Source: Alphaproteobacteria bacterium (GTDB taxonomy: Bacteria; Pseudomonadota; Alphaproteobacteria; Bin95). From it: a stretch of 64,000 bases of DNA. Positions 9,893 through 20,121 of this stretch are shown piece by piece. Within the stretch, counting starts at the first letter, position 1. Each line of letters begins with the position of its first letter. The position numbers and the translations under genes were made by a program. A model generated the notes under the pieces. The model was not told where the DNA came from. It ran no database searches and saw nothing but the letters and a program-made list of their open reading frames with translations. The stretch is from assembly GCA_965200785.1 (NCBI GenBank), contig CBDAVA010000003.1:2594605-2658604 (forward strand). Direction: 5' to 3'.

Positions 9893-10899
9893 GCCGCCTG
9901 CTCCGCCAGCCGTTCCCATTCCCAGCACGCCACAAGCCGGCCCTCTCCGCGTTGCTCCAAATTCGGCGTCTCGACCCGGCACCGCTCCCGCACGAAGGGG
10001 CAGCGCGGCGCGAAGGTGCAGCCTGGCACCTCCCGCCGGAGCGACGGCACGACGCCCGGAATCTCCGCCAGACGGCCCCGCCCGCGCGAAAGCGCACGGG
10101 CCGCGAGCTTGGGAATCGACCCCATCAGCCCCAGGGTGTAGGGATGCAGCGGCCGGGCAAAGAGGTCCGCCACCGCCGCCTCCTCGACCTTGCGGCCGGC
10201 ATACATCACCACCACGCGCTGCGCCGTCTCCGCCACGACGCCCAGATCGTGGGTGATGAACACGATGGCGGCGCCGATCTGCTCCTTCAACTGAAGCATC
10301 AGGTCCAGAATCTGCGCCTGGATCGTGACATCGAGCGCGGTTGTCGGCTCATCCGCGATCAGGATCGACGGATTGCAGGCAAGCGCCATGGCGATCATCA
10401 CCCGCTGGCGCATCCCGCCGGACAGCTGGTGGGGATATTCCTCCGCCCGGCGCCGCGGCTCGGGAATCTGCACCAGATCGAGCATTTCCACCGCCCGGTC
10501 GGCAGCGGCGCGGCGGTTGAGCGCCTGATGCAGCTCCAGCGATTCCGCGATCTGCCGGCCGACCGGCATGACCGGATTGAGCGAGGTCATCGGCTCCTGG
10601 AAGATCATCGAGATATGGTTGCCCCGGATCTCCCGCATCCGCTCCTCGGTCGCCAGCAGCAGGTCTTCGCCGTCGAACAGGATGCGCCCGCCTTCGATGC
10701 GCGCCGGCGGAACCGGCAGCAGCCGCAAAACGGACATCGCCGTCACGCTCTTACCGCAGCCGGACTCGCCGACGATGGAGAGCGTCTCGCCGCGGTCCAC
10801 CCGGATAGAAACGCCGTTCACGGCCCGCACAATGCCGTCGCGGGTGTGGAAATGGGTCTTGAGGTCGTCGATCTCGAGGATTGCGCCGCTCTTTGCCAT
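9889..10899 (-). CDS. Peptide/nickel ABC transporter ATP-binding subunit (DppD/OppD-like)
   Basis: [38 protein letters not shown]. Confidence 0.9.
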   Translation of the reverse strand: MAKSGAILEIDDLKTHFHTRDGIVRAVNGVSIRVDRGETLSIVGESGCGKSVTAMSVLRLLPVPPARIEGGRILFDGEDLLLATEERMREIRGNHISMIFQEPMTSLNPVMPVGRQIAESLELHQALNRRAAADRAVEMLDLVQIPEPRRRAEEYPHQLSGGMRQRVMIAMALACNPSILIADEPTTALDVTIQAQILDLMLQLKEQIGAAIVFITHDLGVVAETAQRVVVMYAGRKVEEAAVADLFARPLHPYTLGLMGSIPKLAARALSRGRGRLAEIPGVVPSLRREVPGCTFAPRCPFVRERCRVETPNLEQRGEGRLVACWEWERLAEQAA

Positions 10900-10903
10900 A
10901 GCA

Positions 10904-11803
10904 CTACATCCGCCGGGCGATGCGGGGGTCGAGCGAATCGCGAAGGCCGTCCCCCAGCATGTTTACGGCCAGCACGGTGACGGCCAGAAAGACGCCGGGG
11001 AAGAAGATCATCCACGGTGCGAACTGAAAATAGGTCCGGCCCTCGGCCATGATATTGCCCCAACTCGGAATCTCGGGCGGCGTGCCCGCCCCGAGAAACG
11101 ACAAGATCGCCTCGATAACGACGGCCGATGCGCAGACATAGGTCGCCTGCACGATCAGCGGCGCGAGCGTGTTCGGCAGAATGTGCTTCAACAGGATCTT
11201 GGGCAGCCGCGTGCCGACAGAGACAGCCGCCTCGACATAGGGCTGCTCGCGCACCGTCAGCACCACCGCGCGCACCAGGCGCACAACGCGCGGAATCTCG
11301 GGAATGGTGATCGCAATGATCACATTCGTTATGCTCGCGCCGGCCAGGCTGATGAGCGCAATCGCCAGCAAGACGCCGGGTATGGCCATCAAGCCGTCCA
11401 TGATCCGCATCACGACCGCATCCACCCACCGGATATAGCCCGCGAGCAGGCCTATCGCGAGCCCGATCGCCGTGCTGATCGCCGCCACGGCCAGCCCGAC
11501 CATGAGCGAAATCTGACCGCCATAGACGGTGCGGGCATAGACATCCCGCCCGAGGAAGTCGGCGCCGAACCAGAATGCCTCGCTCGGCGGTTTCAGCCGG
11601 TTGATCGGGTTGAGCCGCAACGGGTCCGGCGCGATCCAGGGGGCGGCGACGGCGATGACGGCCATGGCGAACAGGAGGCCGCCGCCGACCACCACCGTCG
11701 GATGGCGGCGCCAATATTCACGGAAGCGGCCCCAGGCGCCGGGACGGGCGCTTTCCTCCTCGACCTCTCCGGGGAATGCAGCGACTTCCGGCGCATCGGC
11801 CAT
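10904..11803 (-). CDS. Peptide/nickel ABC transporter permease (DppC-like)
   Basis: [12 protein letters not shown] loop, HILPN, LSFLGAG, PSWG. Confidence 0.9.
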   Translation of the reverse strand: MADAPEVAAFPGEVEEESARPGAWGRFREYWRRHPTVVVGGGLLFAMAVIAVAAPWIAPDPLRLNPINRLKPPSEAFWFGADFLGRDVYARTVYGGQISLMVGLAVAAISTAIGLAIGLLAGYIRWVDAVVMRIMDGLMAIPGVLLAIALISLAGASITNVIIAITIPEIPRVVRLVRAVVLTVREQPYVEAAVSVGTRLPKILLKHILPNTLAPLIVQATYVCASAVVIEAILSFLGAGTPPEIPSWGNIMAEGRTYFQFAPWMIFFPGVFLAVTVLAVNMLGDGLRDSLDPRIARRM

Positions 11804-12744
11804 CAGTAGCGAATCCTGGGGTCAAGAACGGTATAGGAGAGGTCTATGGCCAGATTCACGATCACATAAGCGCCCGAGAAAATAAGAATGACTCCCTGGA
11901 TGATGGGATAATCGCGTCTCAGCACCGCGTCGATGGTGAGCCGCCCGAGGCCGGGAATGTTGAAGACGCTCTCCGTCACCACCACGCCGCCGATCAGGAG
12001 CGCGATGCCGATGCCGATAATGGTGACGATGGGCACCGAAGCGTTGCGGAGCGCGTGGCGGATCAGCAGCGCCTTGTTGTCCAGGCCCTTGGCCCTGGCC
12101 GTGCGCATGTAGTCCTCGGTCAGCACTTCCAGCATGCTGGCGCGCGTGATCCGGGCGATCAGCGCCACATAGATGATGCCGAGCGCCGCTGTCGGCAGCG
12201 CGATCGAACGCAGGAACGGCCAGAACCCGTCGCCTATCGGCTTGTAGCCCTGCACCGGGAACCATCCCAGCGTGATCGAGAAAAGCCACATCATGGCGTA
12301 GCCGATGACGAACACCGGCACCGAGAAACCCAGCACGGCGAAGACCATGATGACCCGGTCTGTCAGCGTGCCGGCCTTCCAGGCGGCGATGACGCCCATG
12401 GGCACGGCGACCAGAATGGCGAAGACGATTGTGGCGACGGCCAGAGCGAGGGTCGGCTCAAGCCGCTGACCGATCAGCTTGGAAACCGGGAGATTGGAGA
12501 AGATCGAGGTGCCGAGGTCGCCCGACAGGACGGCGCCCACCCAACTGAAGAACTGGATATGGAGCGGCTCGTTCAGGCCGAGGCGCTCGCGGATCTTTTC
12601 GATATCCTCGGGGCGCGCATAGTCGCCCGCAATCACGACGGCCGGGTCGCCCGGCGTCAAATGCAGCAGCATGAAAACGGCGATGCCGACGACCGCCATG
12701 ACAGGCAAGGTCGCCAGCAGCCGACGGGCGATATAAGCATACAT
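11803..12744 (-). CDS. Peptide/nickel ABC transporter permease (DppB-like)
   Basis: [41 protein letters not shown]. Confidence 0.9.
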   Translation of the reverse strand: MYAYIARRLLATLPVMAVVGIAVFMLLHLTPGDPAVVIAGDYARPEDIEKIRERLGLNEPLHIQFFSWVGAVLSGDLGTSIFSNLPVSKLIGQRLEPTLALAVATIVFAILVAVPMGVIAAWKAGTLTDRVIMVFAVLGFSVPVFVIGYAMMWLFSITLGWFPVQGYKPIGDGFWPFLRSIALPTAALGIIYVALIARITRASMLEVLTEDYMRTARAKGLDNKALLIRHALRNASVPIVTIIGIGIALLIGGVVVTESVFNIPGLGRLTIDAVLRRDYPIIQGVILIFSGAYVIVNLAIDLSYTVLDPRIRY

Positions 12745-12807
12745 TCGCGTTGCGCCAGGAAAAGAGCGCCGCCGGACGGTAACCGATCCGCCCGGCGGCG
12801 CCGGCAA

Positions 12808-14415
12808 TCAGCCAGGCTTGTCAGTGATGTTCCAGAAGAACGGCACCGGCGAGACCACGACGCCGGCCAGCCCCTTGCGCCATGCCATCGGCTGGAACCA
12901 CTGGCCGTAGTTCACATAGGGCACCAGATGGTCGAAGAGGCGGCCCTGCAGCTTGTCGATGATGGCCTTCTTCTTGACCGGGTCCGGCTCGCGGGCGAAC
13001 GCGTCGCGCAGCATCTCGGTCTCTTCATCGGTCGGCCAGCCGAACCAGGCCTTTTCCACGCCGCCGCCGGAAACGCCGATATTGGCGATCGGCGAGGTCG
13101 CGTCGGCGCCCGTCGCATAGGTGTGGAAGATATTCCAGCCGCCGTCGGCCGGGCTCTTCTTCTCGGCGCGGCGGGAAGTGAGCGTGGACCAGTCCATCGC
13201 CTGCACCTCGACGTCCATGCCGATGTCCCGCAGCACCTGCGCCGTCACCAGCGCGGCATTGTTCAGCACCGGAATGTCCGTGGATTGCATCAGGATGATT
13301 TTCTCACCCTTGTATCCCGCCTCGGCCAGGAGCTGTTTGGCCATCTCCGGGTCGTGTGACTGAAGCGCCTCGACCCCGACATCCGACTCGTTCGGCGTGC
13401 CGCAGATGAAATAGGCGGCGCATTCCTTGTAGAGCTTCGGATCGCCGACGATCGCCTGCAGATACACCGCCTGATTGACAGCGTAGAGCAGTGCGCGGCG
13501 GGCCTTCGGATTGTCAAAGGGCGGATGCAGGTGGTTCGGCCGGAGCCAGCCCTGTGTGCCGAGCGGATCGATGACCGCCAGTTCGACATTCTCGCTCTGC
13601 TCGAGCAGCGGCACCATATCGACGGCCGGGGTCTCCCAGAAATCGACCTCGCCGTTGATCAGCGCGTTCATCGCCGTTGCGGGATCGGGAATGTAGAGCC
13701 ATTCGACCCGGTCGAAATGCACGACCTTGCCGCCGGCGGCGCCCGAAGCCGGCTCACTGCGCGGCACGTAGTCCGTGTTCTTGGCATAGACGACCTTGGA
13801 ACCCGGCACCCACTCATCCTTGACGAACCGGAAGGGGCCGGAGCCGACGACTTCGGAAACCTGCTCGAAAGCGTCCGTCTCGGCGTGCTCCTTCTTCATC
13901 ATGAAGGGCGTGTTGGAACTGATCTTGCCGAGCGAGTCGAGAACCAGGCCGTATGGCTCGTTCAGGGTCAGGGTGAAGGTGTTGTCATCGACCGCCTGCA
14001 GCTCTTTGGTAAAGTCCATCAGCTTCTGGCCCATGCCGTCGCGCTTGCCCCAGCGCAGGATCGAGGCAACGCAATCCTCGGCCTTCACCGGGTCGCCGTC
14101 ATGCCATGTGAGGCCTTCGCGCAGCGTGAAGGTATAGACGAGGCCATCGTCGCTGACGGAATACTCCCCGACCATCTGCGGATGCACATTCAGCTTTTCA
14201 TCCTGGGCGAAAAGCGTGTCATACACCATGTATCCGTGGTTGCGGGTGATGTAGGCGGTGGTCCAGATCGGGTCCAGGTTCTTCAGGTCGGCATGGGGCA
14301 CGATGCGCAGCACTGATTCCGCCGCCGCCGGCCCGACGCCAAGACCCAGCGCCATTGGCGCCGCCGCCAGCGCGGCGAGCGCGGAGCGTCTCGTAGCGGT
14401 CCATAGTCGTGACAT
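12808..14415 (-). CDS. ABC transporter substrate-binding protein (family 5), Tat-like signal
   Basis: TRRSAL twin-arginine leader, LDPIWTTA, YDTLF, GSGPF. AGGAGG upstream of ATG 14415. Confidence 0.9.
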   Translation of the reverse strand: MSRLWTATRRSALAALAAAPMALGLGVGPAAAESVLRIVPHADLKNLDPIWTTAYITRNHGYMVYDTLFAQDEKLNVHPQMVGEYSVSDDGLVYTFTLREGLTWHDGDPVKAEDCVASILRWGKRDGMGQKLMDFTKELQAVDDNTFTLTLNEPYGLVLDSLGKISSNTPFMMKKEHAETDAFEQVSEVVGSGPFRFVKDEWVPGSKVVYAKNTDYVPRSEPASGAAGGKVVHFDRVEWLYIPDPATAMNALINGEVDFWETPAVDMVPLLEQSENVELAVIDPLGTQGWLRPNHLHPPFDNPKARRALLYAVNQAVYLQAIVGDPKLYKECAAYFICGTPNESDVGVEALQSHDPEMAKQLLAEAGYKGEKIILMQSTDIPVLNNAALVTAQVLRDIGMDVEVQAMDWSTLTSRRAEKKSPADGGWNIFHTYATGADATSPIANIGVSGGGVEKAWFGWPTDEETEMLRDAFAREPDPVKKKAIIDKLQGRLFDHLVPYVNYGQWFQPMAWRKGLAGVVVSPVPFFWNITDKPG

Positions 14416-14537
14416 GTTCGCTTGTCCTCCTCTTGGCATCACCCGAGCGGGCTGCCTTCCCCGAAAGACGGCCTCTGAACTCGCACGGGTCGATCAGACG
14501 CGAATGTAGGCACGATTGCGCGTGCTTGTCACCTTCG

Positions 14538-14810
14538 GGTCGTGCCTCAGTGTGCAACGAAGGCCCGTACCGACGGGTTTTTCGGAACGCGCCTCCGTGC
14601 CGCGCCGCTTCTATCGCTTCCCTTTCGTCACCCCGGCCGGAGCGGAGCGGAGAGCCGGGGTCCATCCTCCGCCGTTTCGGCCCTGCGGAAGGATCGGAGG
14701 CTGGGCCCCGGCTCAAGGCCGGGGCGACAGTAGGGGGTCCGGAGCGGCGGGACGGGCCTCTCAAGCCCCTGGCTCAATCTGCCAGAGGAGTGCGACTGTC
14801 AAACGGAGAC
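14538..14810 (+). repeat. Composite structured intergenic repeat (copy 1; REP/MITE-like)
   Basis: Matches the reverse complement of 63119-63428, including the identical block TCCTCCGCCGTTTCGGCCCTGCGGAAGGATCGGAGG. Contains GTCACCCCGGC..GCCGGGG palindromic units. Confidence 0.85.
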
Positions 14811-14929
14811 ACGACCCACCTTCATTGCCCCGGCCCGGTCCCGCAGCGGCGTGTATCGGACGGGAGGGCGGCAATGTCGCGGATACGGAACATTGCGCGG
14901 CGGTGCGGCTGCGCTATGGTCCCGCGCTT

Positions 14930-16567
14930 ATGACAGACAGCTTCGACTATGTAATCGTCGGCGCGGGTTCGGCCGGCTCTGTTCTGGCGAACCGGCTCTC
15001 GGCTGGCGGCATCCATTCCGTCTGCGTGCTCGAGGCCGGCCCCCCGGACCGCCACCCGTTCATCCACATCCCGGCCGGCTTCATGAAGACGCTGACGAAC
15101 CCGGCCGTCAACTGGCTCTATTCCGCCGAGCCGAGCGAATGGACCGGCGGCCGGCGCATCCACGCGCCGCGCGGCAAAACGCTCGGCGGATCGAGTTCGA
15201 TCAACGGCCATATCTACAACCGCGGCCAGCGCCTCGACTATGACGGCTGGGCCCAGCTCGGCAACCGCGGCTGGGGCTATGCCGATGTGCTGCCCTATTT
15301 CAAGCGCAGCGAGAAACGCATCGGCGAAGGCGACGATACTTTCCGCGGCCGCGACGGCAGTCTGGTCGTGACCGACAACGACTACCGCCACCCGCTTTGC
15401 GAGGCCTTCATCGAGGGCGCCGTCGGCCTCGGCATCCCCCGCAATCCGGACTACAACGGCGCCGACCAGGATGGTGTCGGCTATTTTCAGCGCGCCATTT
15501 ACAGGAATCGGCGGGTCGGCGCTGCACGGGCCTTTCTGCACCCCGCCATGCGCCGGCGGGGCGCCATGCTGGATGTGCGCACCCGCGCCCATGCCACGCG
15601 CATCCTGTTCGACGGCCGGCGCGCGACCGGCGTGCGCTACCGCACGGACGGCAACCCTTATGAAGTCCGCGCGCGGCGCGAGGTCGTGCTTTGCGGCGGC
15701 TCGGTCAACTCGCCGCAACTGCTCCAGCTTTCCGGCATCGGGCCGCCGGAACTGCTCGGCAGGCTCGGCATTCCCGTCCTCCACGCGCTGCCCGGCGTCG
15801 GCGAGAACCTGCACGACCACTATGCCGTGCGGCTGGTCGCGCGGGTCAAGGGTTCGGAGACGATCAACGAGCGCGTCCGGGGGGCGGCCTTCCTTGCCGA
15901 GCTGGCCCGTTACTTCACCGGGGGCACGAGCGTGCTCGGCCTCGCGCCGTCGCTTGTGCATGTGTTCTGGAAGTCCGACCCGTCGCTCGACAAGGGCGAC
16001 CTCCAGATGACCTTCACCCCGGCAAGCTACAAGGAGGGCGTGCAGGCGGCGCTGGACGATTTTCCTGCCATGTCGGTCGCTCCCTGGCAGCAGCGGCCGG
16101 AAAGCCGGGGCCATGTCCGTATCGTGTCTGCGGACCCCTTTGCGCCGCCGGAGATCCAGCCCAACTATCTGTCGCACGAGATGGATCGGCAGGTGCTGCT
16201 CGGCGGGCTGCGCCTTGCGCGGCGGTTGCTGCACACCCCGCAAATGGCGCCCTATCACGCCGGCGAGGACCATCCGGGCGAGGCGGTCGCGAGCGACGAT
16301 GAGTGGCTCGACTTCGCCAGACAGCGGGGCACAACGACCTTCCACCTGGTCGGAAGTTGCCGTATGGGGCCGGACACCGACCCGTTCGCAGTGGTGGACG
16401 ACCGGCTGCGTGTGCGCGGGATCGACGGCCTCAGGGTTGTGGACGCCTCCACAATCCCGAGAATGCCGTCCGCCAATACCAATGCCGCCACAATGATGAT
16501 TGCAGAGAAAGCGGCAGACCTGCTGCTCGACAGGCCGGCGCCAATGCCTGTCTCCCTGCCCGGCTGA
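14930..16567 (+). CDS. GMC oxidoreductase (choline dehydrogenase-like)
   Basis: FDYVIVGAGSAG, RGKTLGGSSSING, SPQLLQLSGIG, LRVVDAS, NTNAA. Start trimmed to ATG 14930. Confidence 0.9.
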   Translation: MTDSFDYVIVGAGSAGSVLANRLSAGGIHSVCVLEAGPPDRHPFIHIPAGFMKTLTNPAVNWLYSAEPSEWTGGRRIHAPRGKTLGGSSSINGHIYNRGQRLDYDGWAQLGNRGWGYADVLPYFKRSEKRIGEGDDTFRGRDGSLVVTDNDYRHPLCEAFIEGAVGLGIPRNPDYNGADQDGVGYFQRAIYRNRRVGAARAFLHPAMRRRGAMLDVRTRAHATRILFDGRRATGVRYRTDGNPYEVRARREVVLCGGSVNSPQLLQLSGIGPPELLGRLGIPVLHALPGVGENLHDHYAVRLVARVKGSETINERVRGAAFLAELARYFTGGTSVLGLAPSLVHVFWKSDPSLDKGDLQMTFTPASYKEGVQAALDDFPAMSVAPWQQRPESRGHVRIVSADPFAPPEIQPNYLSHEMDRQVLLGGLRLARRLLHTPQMAPYHAGEDHPGEAVASDDEWLDFARQRGTTTFHLVGSCRMGPDTDPFAVVDDRLRVRGIDGLRVVDASTIPRMPSANTNAATMMIAEKAADLLLDRPAPMPVSLPG

Positions 16568-16584
16568 TTGGGGAAACACAGGCC

Positions 16585-17949
16585 ATGGCCGCCGTCGATC
16601 TCCTGCCGCTGTTCATGTTCGCGGCGCTCGCCGCATTCCTGTTCACCGGCTTCCCGGTGGCGTTCGGGCTTGCCGGGCTGACGATCCTGTTCGGCATTGT
16701 CGGCAACCTGCTGGGCGTCTTCGAATATATCGAGTTCACCAACATGGTGTACCGCATCTGGGGCGGCGTGGCCGAGAACCTGGTGCTGACAGCCGTGCCC
16801 ACCTTCGTCTTCATGGGCGTGATGATGGAGCGCAGCGGTATCGCGCAGGATCTGCTCTACTGCCTCCAGGTGATCTTGAAGCGCGTCCCGGGCGGCCTCG
16901 CGCTGTCGGTGACGGTGATGGGCACCATCATGGCGGCCATGACCGGCATTATCGGCGCATCCGTCACCTTGATGAGCGTGCTCGCCCTGCCGCATATGCT
17001 GAAGGCGAAATACGACCATGCGCTCGCCTGCGGGACGATCTGCGCCGCCGGCACGCTCGGCATCCTGATACCGCCCTCGATCCTGCTGGTCATCATGGGC
17101 GACCTCATGGCGGTCTCGGTCGGCAATCTCTTCCTCGCCGCACTGTTCCCGGGCCTGCTGCTTTCCGGCCTGTATTTCCTCTACATCTCGTCGATCTCCG
17201 CCATACGCCCGCAAATGGCGCCGCCGCTGTCTTCGCTGGAAACGCCGCAGACCATTCCGGCCCTGGCGGTGATGCTGCTCCGGGGTTTCATCCCGCCCGC
17301 CGTGCTGATCCTGCTCATCAAGGTCGCCATCTTCGGCGGCTGGGCGACGCCGACCGAGGGCGGCGCTGTCGGCGCCTTCGGCGCAACGCTGCTGGCCCTC
17401 GCCAACGGGCGGCTGACCCTGGAGCTGATGAAGGACTGCTGCGACCGGACCGCGCTGACGGTGGCGATGATCTTCTTTGTCTTCGTCGGCGCCACCGGCT
17501 TCTCCTATGTCTTCCGCTCGCTCGGCGGCGACGAGGTGGTGGACCATCTCATCCTGTCGGTCGGGCTCGGAAGCTGGGGCCTGCTCATCATGCTGATGGC
17601 GATCGTCTTCCTGCTCGGCTTCTTCCTTGATTGGGTCGAGATCACGCTGATCGTGCTGCCGGTCTTCCTGCCGATCGTCGAAACGCTGGTCTTCGGCGCC
17701 CATGTGCCGAAGCATGAGGTCGTCTATTGGTTTGCCATCCTGATTGCGGTCAACCTGCAGACCTCTTTCCTGACACCCCCGTTCGGCTTCGCCCTGTTCT
17801 ACATGAAGGGCGTGGCACCGCCCGAGGTGAAGCTGACATCGATCTACCGGGGCATCGTGCCCTTCGTGCTCCTGCAGGTGATCGGCCTCGCAACAGTCAT
17901 CGCATGGCCGGACATCGCCCTCTGGCTGCCGCGCCAGCTGCTCGACTGA
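16585..17949 (+). CDS. TRAP transporter large permease (DctM family)
   Basis: GFPVAF, GTLGILIPPSI, ATPTEGGAVG, SFLTPPFGFALFYMKG. Confidence 0.9.
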   Translation: MAAVDLLPLFMFAALAAFLFTGFPVAFGLAGLTILFGIVGNLLGVFEYIEFTNMVYRIWGGVAENLVLTAVPTFVFMGVMMERSGIAQDLLYCLQVILKRVPGGLALSVTVMGTIMAAMTGIIGASVTLMSVLALPHMLKAKYDHALACGTICAAGTLGILIPPSILLVIMGDLMAVSVGNLFLAALFPGLLLSGLYFLYISSISAIRPQMAPPLSSLETPQTIPALAVMLLRGFIPPAVLILLIKVAIFGGWATPTEGGAVGAFGATLLALANGRLTLELMKDCCDRTALTVAMIFFVFVGATGFSYVFRSLGGDEVVDHLILSVGLGSWGLLIMLMAIVFLLGFFLDWVEITLIVLPVFLPIVETLVFGAHVPKHEVVYWFAILIAVNLQTSFLTPPFGFALFYMKGVAPPEVKLTSIYRGIVPFVLLQVIGLATVIAWPDIALWLPRQLLD

Positions 17950-18035
17950 CCGCCGGGGTCCGGGGTGACAACAGGGGTTCCACGCCTGCCAGGGGGAATG
18001 TGGATTTCAAAGCGGATTTGGATGAAAATGGGCGG

Positions 18036-19094
18036 ATGAGCGACGCTCCGGATTCCGACGAAGCCGGGGGCGAACCGACGGGCCGCCCGGAAGGCGAGGC
18101 GCCGGCATCCACGCGCCGGGAAACCGTGCCGGCGCTCGAGGCGATTCTGAGCCGCGAATTCCCGGTTCTGGATCATGGTTTCGTGCGTGTCGTCGATTAC
18201 ATGGGCAGCGACAACGCCATCGTGCAGGCGGCGCGCGTTTCCTACGGCAAGGGCACGAAGCGCCGGTCCGCCGATGCGGCGCTCATTCGCTATCTGCTGC
18301 GCCGCCGGCACACCACGCCCTTCGAGATGTGCGAAATCAAGCTGCACGTCAAACTGCCGATCTTCGTCGCCAGGCAATGGCTTCGCCACCGGACGGCGAA
18401 TGTGAACGAGCATTCCGCCAGATATTCCAAGATGGGCCGGGACTACTACATTCCCGATCCGGACTATCTGCAGGCCCTGCGCGAGGAGCGCAACCAGCGG
18501 CGCCGCGAGAAGGAAGCATGGCCGGACCTGTTCGAGCCGAGGCGGCCGGATGCGGCACCCGCGGTGCTCGCGGCGCAGTCCGACTCCAACAAGCAGGGCC
18601 GGGAAGCGGTCTTGCAGCAAGCGGCCGAGATCGACGACACGCTCTCGCGGCTGGAATGGGTGTCCAGCCGCTCCTACGGCGTGTACCGCAATCTGTTGAA
18701 CGAGGACGATTCTGGCGCAAAGATCCGGGAGAATCGGCTGGGAATCGCGCGCGAGCTCGCCCGCTCTGTGCTGCCGGTCAATTACTACACCGAGTTCTAC
18801 TGGAAGTGCGACCTGCACAACCTGCTGCATTTCCTCTCGCTCCGCGCCGACAGCCATGCGCAACACGAGATGCGCGCCTATGCCGAAATCATCCTCGACG
18901 AGATCGTGAAGCGCTGGGTTCCCGTGACATACCGGGCCTTCCGGGACTATGTGCACCATGCCGAGACCCTGTCGGCCGCCGCTCTCGATGTCGTTCGGCG
19001 CATGATTCGGGGCGAGCGGGTCTCACCGGACGACAGCGGCCTGAGCGCGCGTGAATGGCGCGAGCTGATGGCGGTTCTGGACCGCGAGCCATAG
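18036..19094 (+). CDS. thyX: FAD-dependent thymidylate synthase
   Basis: VQAARVSYG, HTTPFE, RHRTANVNEHSARY (RHRx7S), ARELAR, DLHNLLHFL, HAQHE. Confidence 0.92.
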   Translation: MSDAPDSDEAGGEPTGRPEGEAPASTRRETVPALEAILSREFPVLDHGFVRVVDYMGSDNAIVQAARVSYGKGTKRRSADAALIRYLLRRRHTTPFEMCEIKLHVKLPIFVARQWLRHRTANVNEHSARYSKMGRDYYIPDPDYLQALREERNQRRREKEAWPDLFEPRRPDAAPAVLAAQSDSNKQGREAVLQQAAEIDDTLSRLEWVSSRSYGVYRNLLNEDDSGAKIRENRLGIARELARSVLPVNYYTEFYWKCDLHNLLHFLSLRADSHAQHEMRAYAEIILDEIVKRWVPVTYRAFRDYVHHAETLSAAALDVVRRMIRGERVSPDDSGLSAREWRELMAVLDREP

Positions 19095-19176
19095 GCGGCC
19101 GGGGGGGCCGCGGGGGCCGGACACGGGGCCGGCATCTGCCTATACTGCGGCCGTCTTCACTCGGGATATCCGCACA

Positions 19177-20121
19177 ATGCAATTTCGCAAGCTCGGCCGC
19201 TCCGGCCTCCAGGTTTCGCTTGTCGGCGTCGGCTGCAACAATTTCGGCCAGCGTCTGGACCAGGCCGGGACGGACGCGGTGGTCCATGCGGCGCTGGACG
19301 CCGGCGTTTCGCTGTTCGACACCGCCGACATCTATGGCGGACGCGGCGGATCGGAGGAGCTGCTCGGCAAATCGCTGGGGCCGCGCCGCAAGGACATCGT
19401 GCTCGCCAGCAAGTTCGGAATGCGCATGGCCGACGGGCCATACGGCATCGGCGCATCGCGGCACTACATCATGGCCGCGGTCGAAGCCAGTCTCCGGCGC
19501 CTCGGCACGGACTGGATCGACCTCTATCAGATTCACCAGCCCGACCCCCTGACGCCGATCGAGGAGACGCTGCGCGCGCTCGACGACCTGATCCGCCAAG
19601 GCAAGGTTCGCTATATCGGCCACTCCAATTTCACGGCCTGGCAGACCGTCGAGGCGGAACTGACCGCCCAACTGCACGGCCTCAACGCTTTCGTCTCGGC
19701 GCAGGACGAATACAGCCTCGCCGTTCGCAGCCTCGAAGACGACCGCATGGCCATGCTGGAGAAATACGACCTGGGCCTGCTGCCGTTCTTCCCGCTCGCC
19801 AGCGGGCTGCTCACCGGCAAGCATGGCGACAAGCCCATGCCCGGCACGCGCATGGCCGATACCAGCCGCTTTACAGACCGCTACTGGACAGACGCCAACC
19901 TCGCCATGATCCGGGAGCTTACCGTTTTCGCGCAGGAACGCGGCCGCACCATGCTGGAGCTCGCAATGTCCTGGCTGGCGGCCCGCCCGCAGGTCTCCAG
20001 CGTTATCGCCGGCGCGATGACGGCTGAGCAGATCCGGGTCAACGCGTCCGCCGCCGACTGGGCGATGACTGCGGATGAGCTTGCCGCCATCGACGAAATC
20101 TGGAGCCGCACCCACCCATGA
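19177..20121 (+). CDS. Aldo/keto reductase
   Basis: LGRSGLQVS, FDTADIYG, SLRRLGTDWIDLYQIH, PLASGLLTGK. Confidence 0.92.
   Translation: MQFRKLGRSGLQVSLVGVGCNNFGQRLDQAGTDAVVHAALDAGVSLFDTADIYGGRGGSEELLGKSLGPRRKDIVLASKFGMRMADGPYGIGASRHYIMAAVEASLRRLGTDWIDLYQIHQPDPLTPIEETLRALDDLIRQGKVRYIGHSNFTAWQTVEAELTAQLHGLNAFVSAQDEYSLAVRSLEDDRMAMLEKYDLGLLPFFPLASGLLTGKHGDKPMPGTRMADTSRFTDRYWTDANLAMIRELTVFAQERGRTMLELAMSWLAARPQVSSVIAGAMTAEQIRVNASAADWAMTADELAAIDEIWSRTHP

Noticed and set aside
14420-14520. Hairpin-rich leader upstream of the ABC SBP gene as a riboswitch
   Set aside because: I recognised no conserved riboswitch motif, and GC-rich DNA folds readily. An Rfam scan would be needed.
14409-14933. ORFs across repeat copy 1 sharing peptides (RRFGPAEGSEA, GPLKPLA) with ORFs at 63104-63419
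   Set aside because: The shared peptides simply reflect the DNA repeat. There is no RBS or consistent start, and the two copies differ by indels.
19095-19133. G-rich GGGGCCG repeats (possible G-quadruplex) between thyX and the aldo/keto reductase
   Set aside because: Short and compatible with background GC content, with no positional evidence for function.
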